Assembly: GCA_044222475.1 (NCBI GenBank)
Contig: JBGANF010000036.1
Span: 1 to 64,000, forward strand
Source: Polyangiaceae bacterium
GTDB lineage: Bacteria > Myxococcota_A > Polyangia > Polyangiales > Polyangiaceae
DNA: 64,000 nucleotides
Direction: 5' to 3'
The stretch's first letter is position 1, and each line of letters opens with the position of its first letter. Under the pieces are notes generated by a model. The model ran no database searches. It worked only from the letters and a program-made list of their open reading frames with translations, and was not told where the DNA came from. The position numbers and the translations under genes are program-made. Shown here one piece after another: positions 26,239 to 36,414 of the stretch.

Positions 26239-27318
26239 TTAGCCCAGGTTCGCGAGAAAGTCGGCGATCTGGTTGAGCGGAAGCTCGCGCGAGACGACGC
26301 CGGCGCGAACTGCAGCGCCGGGCATGCCGTAGACGACGGCCGACTCGGCGCTCTCGGCGATCACCATCCCGCCGGCGGCGCGGATCGCGCGCGCTCCTTC
26401 GACGCCATCGTCTCCCATGCCGGTCAAGATGACGCCGATGCAGCGCGACCCGGCCACCGCGGCCGCGCTCTTGAGGAGCCGATCCGCGCTGGGGACGTAT
26501 CGGTCGCCGCGGTGGGCGGACGACACGCGGAGTCGCCACTCGCCCGGCTCGGCGTAGACCTCCATCGACTGACGGCCGGGGCATACGAACCCCGTCCTCG
26601 CGGAGACGCGATCGAGATCCTGGGCTTCGGAGATGCGAATCTGCGACCGCTTGTCCAGACGCTCGGCGAACGTGCGCGTGAACTTGTCGGGCATGTGCTG
26701 AGCGACGACGAACCCCGCCGACGTGCCCTGCGGGATGCGGGTCATGATCTCGAGGAGGGCGCTCGGCCCTCCCGTGCTGCTCGCGATGGCGACCAGGAAG
26801 CGGGGCAGCACGTACGTCGGAGGGCGCGGCGGCGGCGGGATCGACGGAGGCGGCCCGTCGGAGAAGATGCCGCTGGGCATCCGCTTGATCTGGCGGAAGC
26901 GCTGGAGCGCGGGCCGCGTGGTCTGGAGCGCGAGGATCTTCGCCAGGATCTGATCGCGGAGGCTCGTCGGATCGGCGCCTGCTTCGGGCTTGGTGACGAA
27001 GTCGAGCGCGCCGAGCTCGAGCGCCTTGAAGACGTTCTCCTTCTGGGCGTACGACGACACGACGATCACCGGCGTCGGTTGGCGCGCCATGAGGATGCGC
27101 AGGAACGTGAAGCCGTCCATGCGAGGCATCTCGAGGTCGAGCGTGATGACGTCGGGCCGGAGGAGCAACGCCGCCTTGAGCGCGTGCTCGCCGTCGCCCG
27201 CCTTGCCCACGAGCTCGAGGCTCGGGTGGCTGGCGATGATCTCTCCGAGGTTCTTCCGGTTCAACGCCGAGTCGTCGACGACGAGGACGCGGAGTCGCGT
27301 GGGGGCGGGCTGCGTCAT
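26239..27318 (-). CDS. cheB: chemotaxis response-regulator methylesterase
   Basis: Receiver domain (DVITLDLEMP) plus ASSTGGP, QHMP and TGMGDDG triad. Confidence 0.95.
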   Translation of the reverse strand: MTQPAPTRLRVLVVDDSALNRKNLGEIIASHPSLELVGKAGDGEHALKAALLLRPDVITLDLEMPRMDGFTFLRILMARQPTPVIVVSSYAQKENVFKALELGALDFVTKPEAGADPTSLRDQILAKILALQTTRPALQRFRQIKRMPSGIFSDGPPPSIPPPPRPPTYVLPRFLVAIASSTGGPSALLEIMTRIPQGTSAGFVVAQHMPDKFTRTFAERLDKRSQIRISEAQDLDRVSARTGFVCPGRQSMEVYAEPGEWRLRVSSAHRGDRYVPSADRLLKSAAAVAGSRCIGVILTGMGDDGVEGARAIRAAGGMVIAESAESAVVYGMPGAAVRAGVVSRELPLNQIADFLANLG

Positions 27319-28181
27319 GGCGTCCCTCCGTTCGCCGGCTTGCGGTAGGCGAGATCTTCCTTCAAGTGGAGGAGCTCGAACGCGGTCGTCACGTTGAGGA
27401 GCGACTCCGAGTGGCCGAGGAAGAGCACACCGCCGGGGTACAAGCGCTCATGAAAGAGATCGATGACGCGCCGCCGGGAGTGAGCGTCGAAGTAGATGAG
27501 CACGTTTCGGCAGAACACCGCGTCGACCCGACCGAGCACCGCGACCCGCTCGCGATCGAGAAGGTTCATGCAACCGAAGTGGCACATCGCGCGGATGCGG
27601 TCGGCGACGTGAAAGCCATCGGCGTGCTCGCTGAACCAGGCGCGACGCACCTCGGGCGGAGTGACCCGGAACGACGCGGGCCCATAGACGCCGCGCCGCG
27701 CCGCCGCGATGCAGCGCTTCGAGATGTCACTGCCGAACACGCGCACGTCCCATCCGTCGAAGAGCCCGCTCTGCGCGACCAGGATCGCCAGCGTGTAGAC
27801 CTCTTCGCCGGTCGAGCATCCCGCGCTCCAGAGCCAGAGGCGTCGTCGTCCTTTCGCGTTCGCGGCGAGGAGCGGGAGAACCTCGTCCTTGAAGGCGCGC
27901 AGCTGGTAGACCTCGCGGAAGAGGTACGTCTCGTTGGTGGTCACGAGCTCCATCGCCTCTTCCCACTCGGCTGGCGCGCGGGCGTTGAAGCGCAAGTAGT
28001 GACCGTACTCGCCGAAGCTGGAGAGGCCGAGCGCGAGGAGCCGTTCGCGGAGCCGCCGCTCCAGTTGACTGCGCCCGTCGTCGCCGAAGTGCACCCCCGT
28101 CTTCGCCGCGATCAAGTCGCGGAGGAGCCGGAACTCGTCCGGGCGGAGGATGATCGCGTCGAAGGACGTCGGGCGAGACAC
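27315..28181 (-). CDS. cheR: chemotaxis protein methyltransferase
   Basis: TTNETYLFRE, WSAGCSTGEEVYTLA, FCRNVLIYFD, GHSESL; GTG start at 28181. Confidence 0.95.
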   Translation of the reverse strand: MSRPTSFDAIILRPDEFRLLRDLIAAKTGVHFGDDGRSQLERRLRERLLALGLSSFGEYGHYLRFNARAPAEWEEAMELVTTNETYLFREVYQLRAFKDEVLPLLAANAKGRRRLWLWSAGCSTGEEVYTLAILVAQSGLFDGWDVRVFGSDISKRCIAAARRGVYGPASFRVTPPEVRRAWFSEHADGFHVADRIRAMCHFGCMNLLDRERVAVLGRVDAVFCRNVLIYFDAHSRRRVIDLFHERLYPGGVLFLGHSESLLNVTTAFELLHLKEDLAYRKPANGGTP

Positions 28182-28185
28182 TGCG

Positions 28186-30234
28186 TCAGACCCCTTCTCC
28201 TTCGTGCGCCGCGCGCCCCAGAGCGAAGAGGATCGCCTCGCGCACCGCAGGGTCCGTCTCTCGCTCGAGGCGGGACCGCAAGAGCCCGTGGGCCTGAGGG
28301 TCGCGCTGGTCACCGAGGAGCTCGGCCGCCAGCCGTCGAACCTCCCACGATTCGTGATCCAAGCAGAGGCCGAGCCTCGCGAGCGCTCGCGCGTCGAGGG
28401 AGCGATGAAGCTCGGCGAGGGCGAACTTCACGACCTCGGCGTCGCGATGCTCGAGCGCCGCCATCAGCACGTCCTCGCGCCGGTGTCCGCCGAGAGGACC
28501 TGCCGCCTCGACCGCGGCGCACGCGATCGCGGAGTCGTCGCTCTTGACCAACCGCTGGGCGACGATGAGACATCGCTCGGGATCGGCGGTGCCGAGCGCC
28601 CGGATCGCGGCGGCGATCGTCTCGATGTCGGTGACTTGGTCGATCAGCTGCTCGAGCCCGTCGGTGTGCTTGAGCTCGCCGAGGGTTCGCACCGCGGCCA
28701 AGCGAACCTCGCGCTCTTCGTCGGCGAGGGCGGAGACCGCGAGGGCCTTCGCGACCTCGCCGCCGTGCTCCGCGAGCGCTTCGACCGCCGCGCGACGGGT
28801 CGTCGTCGCTCCGGCGGAGAGCGCGCGGCGAAGGAGCTCGACGTCGTCGTCGCGGCGCGCGTCGGCGCGCGCGAGGCCGAGGAGAAGGACCGACACGGCA
28901 AGCGACGGAGGACCGCCGCTCGACAGACGCTCGAGCTCGCCGCGGGCGACCGAGGGGAACCGCACCGTCATCGCGAGAACCGCGGAGGACGCGGCGCCCG
29001 CGGCGCGCACGTCGCCGTCGTCGAGGCTCGCGAGGGCGCGCGCCAGATCACGCGGCTCGCCGCGCATCGACAGGATGTGCAGCGCTGCGGCGCGGACCTC
29101 GGCCGACTCCGACTCCAGCTGCGCTCGAACGACGTCGAGCGATTCGGGACCGAGCACCGACCCATGCGCCGCGACGAGCCAGAGAAGCTCCGCCCGGCGC
29201 GCGCCGCCGATCGACCCGATCTGCGCGAGGAGCTCGCCGGTCGAGTCGCGGGCCAGGATCGTCGTCGCCTCTTCGAGCCGAGGTGCGAGGTCCGGGTCGT
29301 CGAGGGCGGAGAGCACCGCCGCGACCTCGTCCACTCCGCCCACGACCGCGGACACGAGGAGGACGTCCGCGGCGATCTCGCGCCGCCCCACCAAACGTCG
29401 AAGGACGCGCTCGGCGACGGCGTCCTCGACGAGCCGCTCGCGCAGGAACTCCAACGGCCGGTGCATGGACGCCCGAATCCACGAGGCGAGCGCCGTGAGC
29501 GCAGAGAGCGCCACGACCGCGTCTCGATCGAACAGCGCGCGGCCGAGAGCGCGCGCGGCGTCCTCTTCGGGCGATCGCGCCAGGGCGAGCATCGCCTGTC
29601 GGCGCAAGATGGGATCGACCAGGAGCGGCTCGATCGTCCGAAAGCCGAGCGGCGCCTCGAGGCGAAGCAGCGCTTCGAGGGCTGCGAGGCGGAGCTGCGT
29701 GTCTCCGGAGTCGATCCGCTCGGCGAGCGCAGTCCATGCGCGCTGCCGGACGGCCTCGCTCGTGACTGCGACCGCCCCGAGCGCTTCGACCACGGCGTAT
29801 CGTACGTTCGCGTCCTCGTCGTCGAGGGCTCGTGCGAGCGCGTCGGCCGTGCGGTCGTCGGGAATTCCGCCGAGCGCTTCGGCCGCGAGCTTGCGCCCAT
29901 CGGCGTCGAGCTTCGCGAGAGCCTCGATGGCGACGGGGATCGCGTCCGGCCCAATCCCGACGAGGGCTTCGACCGCGGCGTTGCGAAGGCCGACGTCGTC
30001 GCGATCGGCGAGGGCGCCGGCGAGACCTCGCAGCACGTCGTCTCGACGCGAGACGAGCGCGCTCGCCGCGACCGCCTCCTTTCGCACGCGCCAGTCCTCG
30101 TCCGCGAGGGCACGGATGACGAGCGCGGCGACTCCCGGCGAGTCGATCTCCGCCAGCCCCTGCGCAGCCCGTCTTCGGTTTTCGGGGCTCGGATCGTCGA
30201 GCTGTGCGGCGAGATCTTCGAGTGCGCGTGTCAC
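28186..30234 (-). CDS. HEAT-repeat protein
   Basis: Multiple L.D.D..VR..A..AL repeats; GTG start overlaps the cheW stop. Confidence 0.85.
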   Translation of the reverse strand: MTRALEDLAAQLDDPSPENRRRAAQGLAEIDSPGVAALVIRALADEDWRVRKEAVAASALVSRRDDVLRGLAGALADRDDVGLRNAAVEALVGIGPDAIPVAIEALAKLDADGRKLAAEALGGIPDDRTADALARALDDEDANVRYAVVEALGAVAVTSEAVRQRAWTALAERIDSGDTQLRLAALEALLRLEAPLGFRTIEPLLVDPILRRQAMLALARSPEEDAARALGRALFDRDAVVALSALTALASWIRASMHRPLEFLRERLVEDAVAERVLRRLVGRREIAADVLLVSAVVGGVDEVAAVLSALDDPDLAPRLEEATTILARDSTGELLAQIGSIGGARRAELLWLVAAHGSVLGPESLDVVRAQLESESAEVRAAALHILSMRGEPRDLARALASLDDGDVRAAGAASSAVLAMTVRFPSVARGELERLSSGGPPSLAVSVLLLGLARADARRDDDVELLRRALSAGATTTRRAAVEALAEHGGEVAKALAVSALADEEREVRLAAVRTLGELKHTDGLEQLIDQVTDIETIAAAIRALGTADPERCLIVAQRLVKSDDSAIACAAVEAAGPLGGHRREDVLMAALEHRDAEVVKFALAELHRSLDARALARLGLCLDHESWEVRRLAAELLGDQRDPQAHGLLRSRLERETDPAVREAILFALGRAAHEGEGV

Positions 30235-30698
30235 GATGGGAGCCTCACGTCGGCGACGAGCTCTTCGAGCCGAGCCGCATCGACCACGAAGACGAGCGCA
30301 CCCTCGTGCGTGGTCACCCCTTCGATCCCCCGAAGGTCGTCTCCCGCACCGAGCCGCGGCGCCTCGCGAAGCTCCCCGCTTCGGAACACGCCGACGACGG
30401 AGTCGACGACGAGCGCGAGAACTCGCGAGCGCTGATCGACGATGATCCACTTCGTGCGCCGAGTCACGGTCGCCGGCACGCTGAACCGGAGGCGGAGGTC
30501 GACCACCGGGACGACGAGCTCTCGAAAATCGGCGACGCCGCTGACCCCGGGCGGCGCGCCGGGGAGCTCGATGATCGGGAGCGGGTTCACGATCTCGCGA
30601 ACGACCTGGATCGGGAGCGCATACGTCACCTCACCGACGCGACAGCCGACCAGGTTCTTCAGCGGATCTTTCCGCCTCTGAGCGCCCTGCTCCATCAC
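30231..30698 (-). CDS. cheW: chemotaxis protein CheW
   Basis: YALPI..VREI, GVADFRE.VVPVVDLRLRF, ALVVDSV. Confidence 0.9.
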   Translation of the reverse strand: MMEQGAQRRKDPLKNLVGCRVGEVTYALPIQVVREIVNPLPIIELPGAPPGVSGVADFRELVVPVVDLRLRFSVPATVTRRTKWIIVDQRSRVLALVVDSVVGVFRSGELREAPRLGAGDDLRGIEGVTTHEGALVFVVDAARLEELVADVRLPS

Positions 30699-31213
30699 GT
30701 CACCTCGACGACGGGTTTGAGGTCGAGGAGCACGAGAACGAGCTCCCCGCTCTTGGGCACTTCACCGCGAACCGACTGTTGTCCCGCTTTGGGACGACCG
30801 ATCCCGAGGATGTGCGCCGGTTGCTCCCCTCCGAGGACGCCAGCCGGCTCGATCTCGTCCTCCGCCAGCCGGTAGACCTGGTGAACCTCGTCGACGAGGA
30901 GCCCGACCTGCTCGTCGTCCGAGGCGCTGACGAGCAAGATGCGCGTCTTGTCGTCGAACGGCGCCGCGGGGAGCGAGAAGCGCAGACGCAGGTCGATCAC
31001 GGTCACGAGCCGGCCGCGGACGCTGACCACGCCGACGACGTGCGCGGGAGCGCGCGGGATCTCGGTGATCGGAAGGAGACGGATGATCTCGCTGACCTCG
31101 CCGATGCGAACGCCGTAGACGTCCTTGGCGAGCGTGAATGCGAGGTACTCGGCGCGGGCACCGACGTCGCCGCGACGAACGGCCGCTGCGTTTCGACGAG
31201 CGAGCGCGGTCAC
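30695..31213 (-). CDS. cheW: chemotaxis protein CheW
   Basis: YLAF.L....YGV....V.EI, GVVSVRGRLVTVIDLR, GLLVDEV; GTG start overlaps the cheA stop. Confidence 0.9.
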   Translation of the reverse strand: MTALARRNAAAVRRGDVGARAEYLAFTLAKDVYGVRIGEVSEIIRLLPITEIPRAPAHVVGVVSVRGRLVTVIDLRLRFSLPAAPFDDKTRILLVSASDDEQVGLLVDEVHQVYRLAEDEIEPAGVLGGEQPAHILGIGRPKAGQQSVRGEVPKSGELVLVLLDLKPVVEVT

Positions 31214-33384
31214 GACGTTGCCCTCGCGGAGAGCGCGCGCTGGCGCCCCTCGGCCGAAGCGAGCACGTCGTCGAGCAGGGCGGCGACGTCGAGGACGAGC
31301 GTCACGCGCTGGTCTCCGAGCTCGGTGGCGCCCGCGATGCCCCGCGTGTTGCGCAGCGAGCGACCGAGAGCCTTGATGACGATGTCCTGTTGACCGACGA
31401 GTCGGTCGACGATGAAGCCGAGCCGACGCGCGCCGACGGACGCGATGACGACGAAGCCACGCTCGGGGTAGTGCGCCTCGTGCCCGAAGAGCTTGCCGAG
31501 GCAGCACACCGGCAGCGTCGTCCCGCGGACGGTGATGACCTCACGCGAGTCGACGACGCGGAGCATCCGCTGCTCGAACACGATGGCCTCCTCGACGCTG
31601 GCGAGAGGCATCGCGTACGAGCGACCGACGACCTCGACGAAGAGCACGCTGATGATGGCGAGCGTGATCGGGAGAGTCACCGTCACCTTGGTGCCGGTAC
31701 CGACTTCGCTTGTGATGTCGACGACCCCGCCGAGCCGCGAGATGTTGGTGCGCACGACGTCCATGCCGACGCCGCGCCCCGACAGATCGGTTGCTTCTTC
31801 ACGGGTGGTGAACCCCGGCCGAAAGACGAGGTGGAGGATCTCGCGAGGGGACAGGTCCTTGACCTCCTCGGCGGTGAGAATGCCGCGCTTGACCGCGGTC
31901 GCCACGAGCTGCTTCGGATCCATGCCGCGGCCGTCGTCTTCGACCTCGAGCACGACTTGATTGCCCTTCTGGAACGCGTTCAGCGCGATCGTCCCGGTCG
32001 CCGGCTTCTTCACATCGGCGCGGACGTTGCGCTCCTCGATCCCGTGGTCGATGGCGTTGCGGATCATGTGCATGAGCGGGTCGCTCAGCTCTTCCACGAG
32101 GAGCTTGTCGAGCTCCGTCTCGGCACCGGTGACCACCAGGTTCACGGGCTTGTCGAGGTCGCGCGAGAGCTGGCGCACGATGCGGGCGAGCTTGTCGAAC
32201 GCTTGCCCGAGCGGGACCATGCGCACCTCCAGGATGCCGTTCTGCATCTGGGCGAGGTGACGCTCGAAGCTCCGGTGAACCCGGTGGAGATCCTGCGCGA
32301 GCTCGCGCTGATCGGGCCGGCCGCGAAGGCGCTCGCTCACGCGCTGGAGCGTCGTGCGAACGATCGCGAGCTCACCGACGACGTTCATGAGGTGGTCCAG
32401 CTTGCGAATGTCGACGCGGACGGTCTGGCTCACCGAGCGGAGTGACACGTCCTTGCTGCCATCGGCCGGCGGGATGGATGCGAGGCCCGGCACCGACAAC
32501 GCCGAGCGCGCAAGCGAGGTCCCTACCTCGGCGCCGAACGCGGCCTCGGGCGCTCCAGTGTTGCGCGGCGAGCTCGCCGGTGCGGCGGCTTGCGGACCGC
32601 TCGTGAGCGGGGCGGGGCGACGTGCCACCTCGTCGACGACCGTGCTGTCGCTCCCGAGCTCGCGCGCCAGCGTCGCCAGCGACTCCTGGCTCGCCATCAA
32701 GACCTCGAGCTCGATCGCGTCGGCCGTCGACGCGGTGCCCGTCGGCAGGTACGTGATGATCTCGCCGAGCGGCTTCGCCTTGGCCTTGAGATCCTCGAGC
32801 GCCGTGTCGATCGTGGCCAGCGGAAACTGGACGCGCAGCTTGTAGAGGCCGAGCCCCGCCTGCACGCTCGAGCGCAACCGGTGCTCTTCGTACTCGGTGA
32901 GGACTCCGAGCAGGCCCGGGTCGAGCTCGTACTGGGCGACCGGGCTGCGCGCCGCCTCGCGACCACGGTTCGAGATCTCGGCGATGGCCATGAGCAGGGC
33001 CTCGACCTCGAGCTGCGGGCTCACGCCGTCGCCCCGCTCGGCGGCCAAGATGCGCCCGTACAGCTCGACCGCGCGGAAGATCACGTCGAGCACCTTGGCC
33101 GTCGGCTGCATGCGGCCGAGTCGCAGCTCGTCGAGGACGTCCTCGAGCTCGTGCGAAACGCCCGTCATGAGCGTCGCGCCGAACATCCCGGCCAGCCCCT
33201 TCAACGTGTGAACGGCGCGGAAGACGTCGTTGACGAGCTCGGGCTCGTTGCGGCCCTGCTTCACCGACTCGTCGAGGGCGAGGACGTCTCGACCGAGCCC
33301 GTCGACCAGCTCTTGAGCCTCGGAGAAGAACTCCTCGCGCGCCTTGTCCGCGGGGCTGTCGCCGCGACCGCCCTGCTCGGCCAT
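31210..33384 (-). CDS. cheA: chemotaxis histidine kinase
   Basis: Hpt domain FRAVHTLKG, VRVD..KLD.LMN, HMIRNAIDHG, DDGRG, SGRGVGMDVV, C-terminal CheW domain. Confidence 0.95.
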   Translation of the reverse strand: MAEQGGRGDSPADKAREEFFSEAQELVDGLGRDVLALDESVKQGRNEPELVNDVFRAVHTLKGLAGMFGATLMTGVSHELEDVLDELRLGRMQPTAKVLDVIFRAVELYGRILAAERGDGVSPQLEVEALLMAIAEISNRGREAARSPVAQYELDPGLLGVLTEYEEHRLRSSVQAGLGLYKLRVQFPLATIDTALEDLKAKAKPLGEIITYLPTGTASTADAIELEVLMASQESLATLARELGSDSTVVDEVARRPAPLTSGPQAAAPASSPRNTGAPEAAFGAEVGTSLARSALSVPGLASIPPADGSKDVSLRSVSQTVRVDIRKLDHLMNVVGELAIVRTTLQRVSERLRGRPDQRELAQDLHRVHRSFERHLAQMQNGILEVRMVPLGQAFDKLARIVRQLSRDLDKPVNLVVTGAETELDKLLVEELSDPLMHMIRNAIDHGIEERNVRADVKKPATGTIALNAFQKGNQVVLEVEDDGRGMDPKQLVATAVKRGILTAEEVKDLSPREILHLVFRPGFTTREEATDLSGRGVGMDVVRTNISRLGGVVDITSEVGTGTKVTVTLPITLAIISVLFVEVVGRSYAMPLASVEEAIVFEQRMLRVVDSREVITVRGTTLPVCCLGKLFGHEAHYPERGFVVIASVGARRLGFIVDRLVGQQDIVIKALGRSLRNTRGIAGATELGDQRVTLVLDVAALLDDVLASAEGRQRALSARATS

Positions 33385-33385
33385 T

Positions 33386-33784
33386 TCAGCTCACCCGACC
33401 GGTTCCGAGCACCTTCGCGCACGCATCCGCGAACTTGTCTTCGGTGAACGGCTTGGGCAGAAACGCGTTTGCGCCCAGAGACATCCCGCGCTCCACGTCG
33501 CGCTCGGTGTTCTGCGTCGAGATGATGAGGAGCGGGGTCGCCTTGTGGTGCTCGCTCGTACGAACGAACTTGATGAGCTCGAGGCCGTTGATGTCGGCCA
33601 TGTTGATGTCGGTCACGATGAGCTCGTACGGGCCGCGAGGGAGGAGGCGCATCGCCTCGAAGCCCGATCGCGCCTCGGTGACCTCGAACGAGCCGAGGCG
33701 ACGGGTGAAGCCCTCGCCCTCCACGATCGCGCGTACGAATGCGCGGGTGGTGGAAGAATCCTCGACGACGAGCACCTTTCGCAT
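33386..33784 (-). CDS. cheY: CheY-like single-domain response regulator
   Basis: VLVVEDS, TDINMADINGLE, IIST, PKPF. Confidence 0.85.
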   Translation of the reverse strand: MRKVLVVEDSSTTRAFVRAIVEGEGFTRRLGSFEVTEARSGFEAMRLLPRGPYELIVTDINMADINGLELIKFVRTSEHHKATPLLIISTQNTERDVERGMSLGANAFLPKPFTEDKFADACAKVLGTGRVS

Positions 33785-33859
33785 GAGGTCCGTCGACGAT
33801 GATACACCACAAGCCGCTCGTCAGGACGCGCCCAGAAGCGCTCTGATAAGCTCCGCTCG

Positions 33860-34609
33860 ATGGCGGATCCCCCGACCGCGGCTGTGCTCCTTCTCGGCAA
33901 CGAGCTCCTCTCGGGCAAGGTCGAGGAGAAGAACCTCGCCGTGCTCGCGTCGCTGCTCCGCGTGCACGGGGTGAAGCTCGCGCGCGTGGTCATGGTGGGC
34001 GACGAGCTGGAGCTCATCGCCCGCGAGGTCCGCGAGCTCGCCAAGAGCCATGATTGGCTGTTCACCTCGGGTGGGGTGGGCCCCACCCACGACGACGTCA
34101 CCATCGAAGCAGTCGCCCTCGCCTTCGGGGTTCCCGTCGACTCGAGCCCCGAGCTCGAGGCCCTGATCCGAGGCCACTACAAGGAGCGAACGACCCCCGG
34201 TCACCTCCGCATGGCCCTCGTCCCCCGGGGTGCCACGCTCGAGACCACGCCAGAGGTCCGGTGGCCGACCGTGCGCTTCGCCAACGTCTTCTGCCTGCCC
34301 GGCATCCCGGAGGTCTTCCGGATGAAGCTGCCGGTCGTCGCCGCGCGCATCGGGAAAAGCGCCTCTTTTCTCACCGCGGCCGTCTATACGAAGATGGACG
34401 AGGGTGACCTGAAGCCGCTCCTGGACCGGGTGGTCGCGGACTTTCCGGACGTCGAGGTGGGCTCCTACCCCCAGTGGCAGCACCCCGAGTACAAGACGAA
34501 GCTCACCTTCGACGGCCGGGACGGCGGCCGAGTCCGCGCCGCCCGCGATGCCTTCGTGGCGACCCTCCCCCAAGGCGAACCGCAGCGAGTCGAGGGGCCC
34601 GAATCCTGA
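33860..34609 (+). CDS. CinA/molybdopterin-binding (MoCF) domain protein
   Basis: GNELLSGK..E.N, TSGGVGPTHDDVT, LPGIP, VGSYP. Confidence 0.88.
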   Translation: MADPPTAAVLLLGNELLSGKVEEKNLAVLASLLRVHGVKLARVVMVGDELELIAREVRELAKSHDWLFTSGGVGPTHDDVTIEAVALAFGVPVDSSPELEALIRGHYKERTTPGHLRMALVPRGATLETTPEVRWPTVRFANVFCLPGIPEVFRMKLPVVAARIGKSASFLTAAVYTKMDEGDLKPLLDRVVADFPDVEVGSYPQWQHPEYKTKLTFDGRDGGRVRAARDAFVATLPQGEPQRVEGPES

Positions 34610-34708
34610 GGTCTCCCGTAGGAGGCATGGACACGGGGGGTTTTTGGTCGCTACACTCCCCCTCCGGAGGTCTTCCCGTCTCCGTTCCGAAGAGCGCGCT
34701 CGAATCCC

Positions 34709-36328
34709 ATGTGGAAGCTGGTCATCGAGGACGACGAAGGCAAGCGGACAGTAGTCCCGCTCACGCGGGACGACTACACCGTCGGCCGTAAAGAGGGGAA
34801 CACCATCCGCCTCACGGAGCGGAACGTCTCGCGCGAGCACGCGAAAATCCGGAAGTCCGCGAACGGCGCCGTCAATGGAGCGGCGGCCGACCCGAACGCG
34901 GCACCGAGCCCGTTCGTCCTCGAGGACCTCACGAGCTACAACGGCGTCTACGTGAACGGGCTCCGCGTGGCCCAGCCCCAGGGCCTGCAGCATGGCGACC
35001 TGATCCAGATCGGCGACTACCGCATCGTCCTCCAGGACGACGCGGTGGCAGAAGACGCCGGCTCGATGGCGACGACCACGCAGGACATGAAGTCCACGAT
35101 GCCGACCGGCGCCGCGAACCGCGGGTCGCAGCTCATGGAGCGGCCGAACCGCTTCGTGATGCTCGCCGGGCCGACCCCGGGGGCGGAGTACTCCCTCGAC
35201 CAAGAGCGCGTGACCATCGGCCGCGCCGAAGAGTGCACGATCTCGGTCAACCACAACTCCGTGTCGCGACTCCACTGCGAGGTTCACGCCCTCGGCGACG
35301 GGCGGTTCGAGATCATCGACAAGGGCTCCTCGAACGGAGTTCGCGTGAACGGGTCCGATCTCCGCCGCGGCATCGTCGAGCCGGGCGACATCCTCGAGCT
35401 CGGTGACGTGCGCTTCCGCTTCGTCGGCGCCGGCCAGATCTTCATCCCCACGCCGGGCGACGCTGCCTCCCAGCTGGAGACGATCGGCGACCGACCGCCG
35501 AGCGCACCGCGGTCCGAGCGGGGCGGGCGTCCGGCAGGCGGAGGAAGCGTCGTTCCGTGGGTGCTCGTCGGAGCGCTCTTCGCGATCATCCTCGTGGGTG
35601 GCTTCGCGTACTGGCAGCGGAGCCAGCAGCAAGGCAACACGGTGCCGTCGGCGACGACGACCACCGCGGTCCCCGAAGACAAGGACCAGCTCGCGCTCCA
35701 AGCAGCGAAGAAGCTGTGCGACGACGGCGACTGCGAAGCAGCGCACGACAAGCTCGTCATCAGCGTCAGCGACAAGTCGCCGCTCAGGCAATCCGCGGAC
35801 TACCAGAACATCGAGACGCGCTGGGCAGACGTCCTCCTCGATCGCGCCGAGAAGGAGAAGGACCCGACGAAGCGGCGGGCGCTCTATCGTCTCATCGAGC
35901 AGACCACGACGGTCCCATCGAGCCGGCGCGACATCGCGACCGCGAAGCTCCAAGAGATGGACGCCGTCGCGCCCACCGGGACGCACGCCATTGCGACCGC
36001 GCCCACCACCACTGGAACGACGGTACCGACCGGCACCGCCACCGCGACTCACTCCGCGACGGCACACCCGACGGTGACCGCGACGACGACGAACACGACG
36101 ACCGCGACGGCGACGACCACGAAGCCCCCGGCGCCCAGCCTCGCCGACCAGGCCCGCGCGGTCATGGCGACGAACCCGCAACAAGCGCGGTCGCTGCTCG
36201 AAGGAAAGGTGTTCTCGCACAAGGCCAGCACCGAGGAAGCCAGCTTGCTCTGGTCCGTCTGCAAAGCGCAGAAGGACAAGGATTGCCGCGACAAGATCGA
36301 CGCGCTCTACCCCGGGCTCCAGCACTGA
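34709..36328 (+). CDS. tandem FHA-domain membrane protein
   Basis: GR..N.I.L..RNVSREH..S.NGVYVNG and GR....VSRLH..SSNGVRVNG; one TM helix; Thr-rich linker. Confidence 0.9.
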   Translation: MWKLVIEDDEGKRTVVPLTRDDYTVGRKEGNTIRLTERNVSREHAKIRKSANGAVNGAAADPNAAPSPFVLEDLTSYNGVYVNGLRVAQPQGLQHGDLIQIGDYRIVLQDDAVAEDAGSMATTTQDMKSTMPTGAANRGSQLMERPNRFVMLAGPTPGAEYSLDQERVTIGRAEECTISVNHNSVSRLHCEVHALGDGRFEIIDKGSSNGVRVNGSDLRRGIVEPGDILELGDVRFRFVGAGQIFIPTPGDAASQLETIGDRPPSAPRSERGGRPAGGGSVVPWVLVGALFAIILVGGFAYWQRSQQQGNTVPSATTTTAVPEDKDQLALQAAKKLCDDGDCEAAHDKLVISVSDKSPLRQSADYQNIETRWADVLLDRAEKEKDPTKRRALYRLIEQTTTVPSSRRDIATAKLQEMDAVAPTGTHAIATAPTTTGTTVPTGTATATHSATAHPTVTATTTNTTTATATTTKPPAPSLADQARAVMATNPQQARSLLEGKVFSHKASTEEASLLWSVCKAQKDKDCRDKIDALYPGLQH

Positions 36329-36414
36329 CCAGATTTACGGCGTAAACCAAGCAACGGGCCCGCACTCCGCGATGCTGCCGTGCCAGGCGGAACGGAGGTA
36401 CACTTCGCGTCCCG

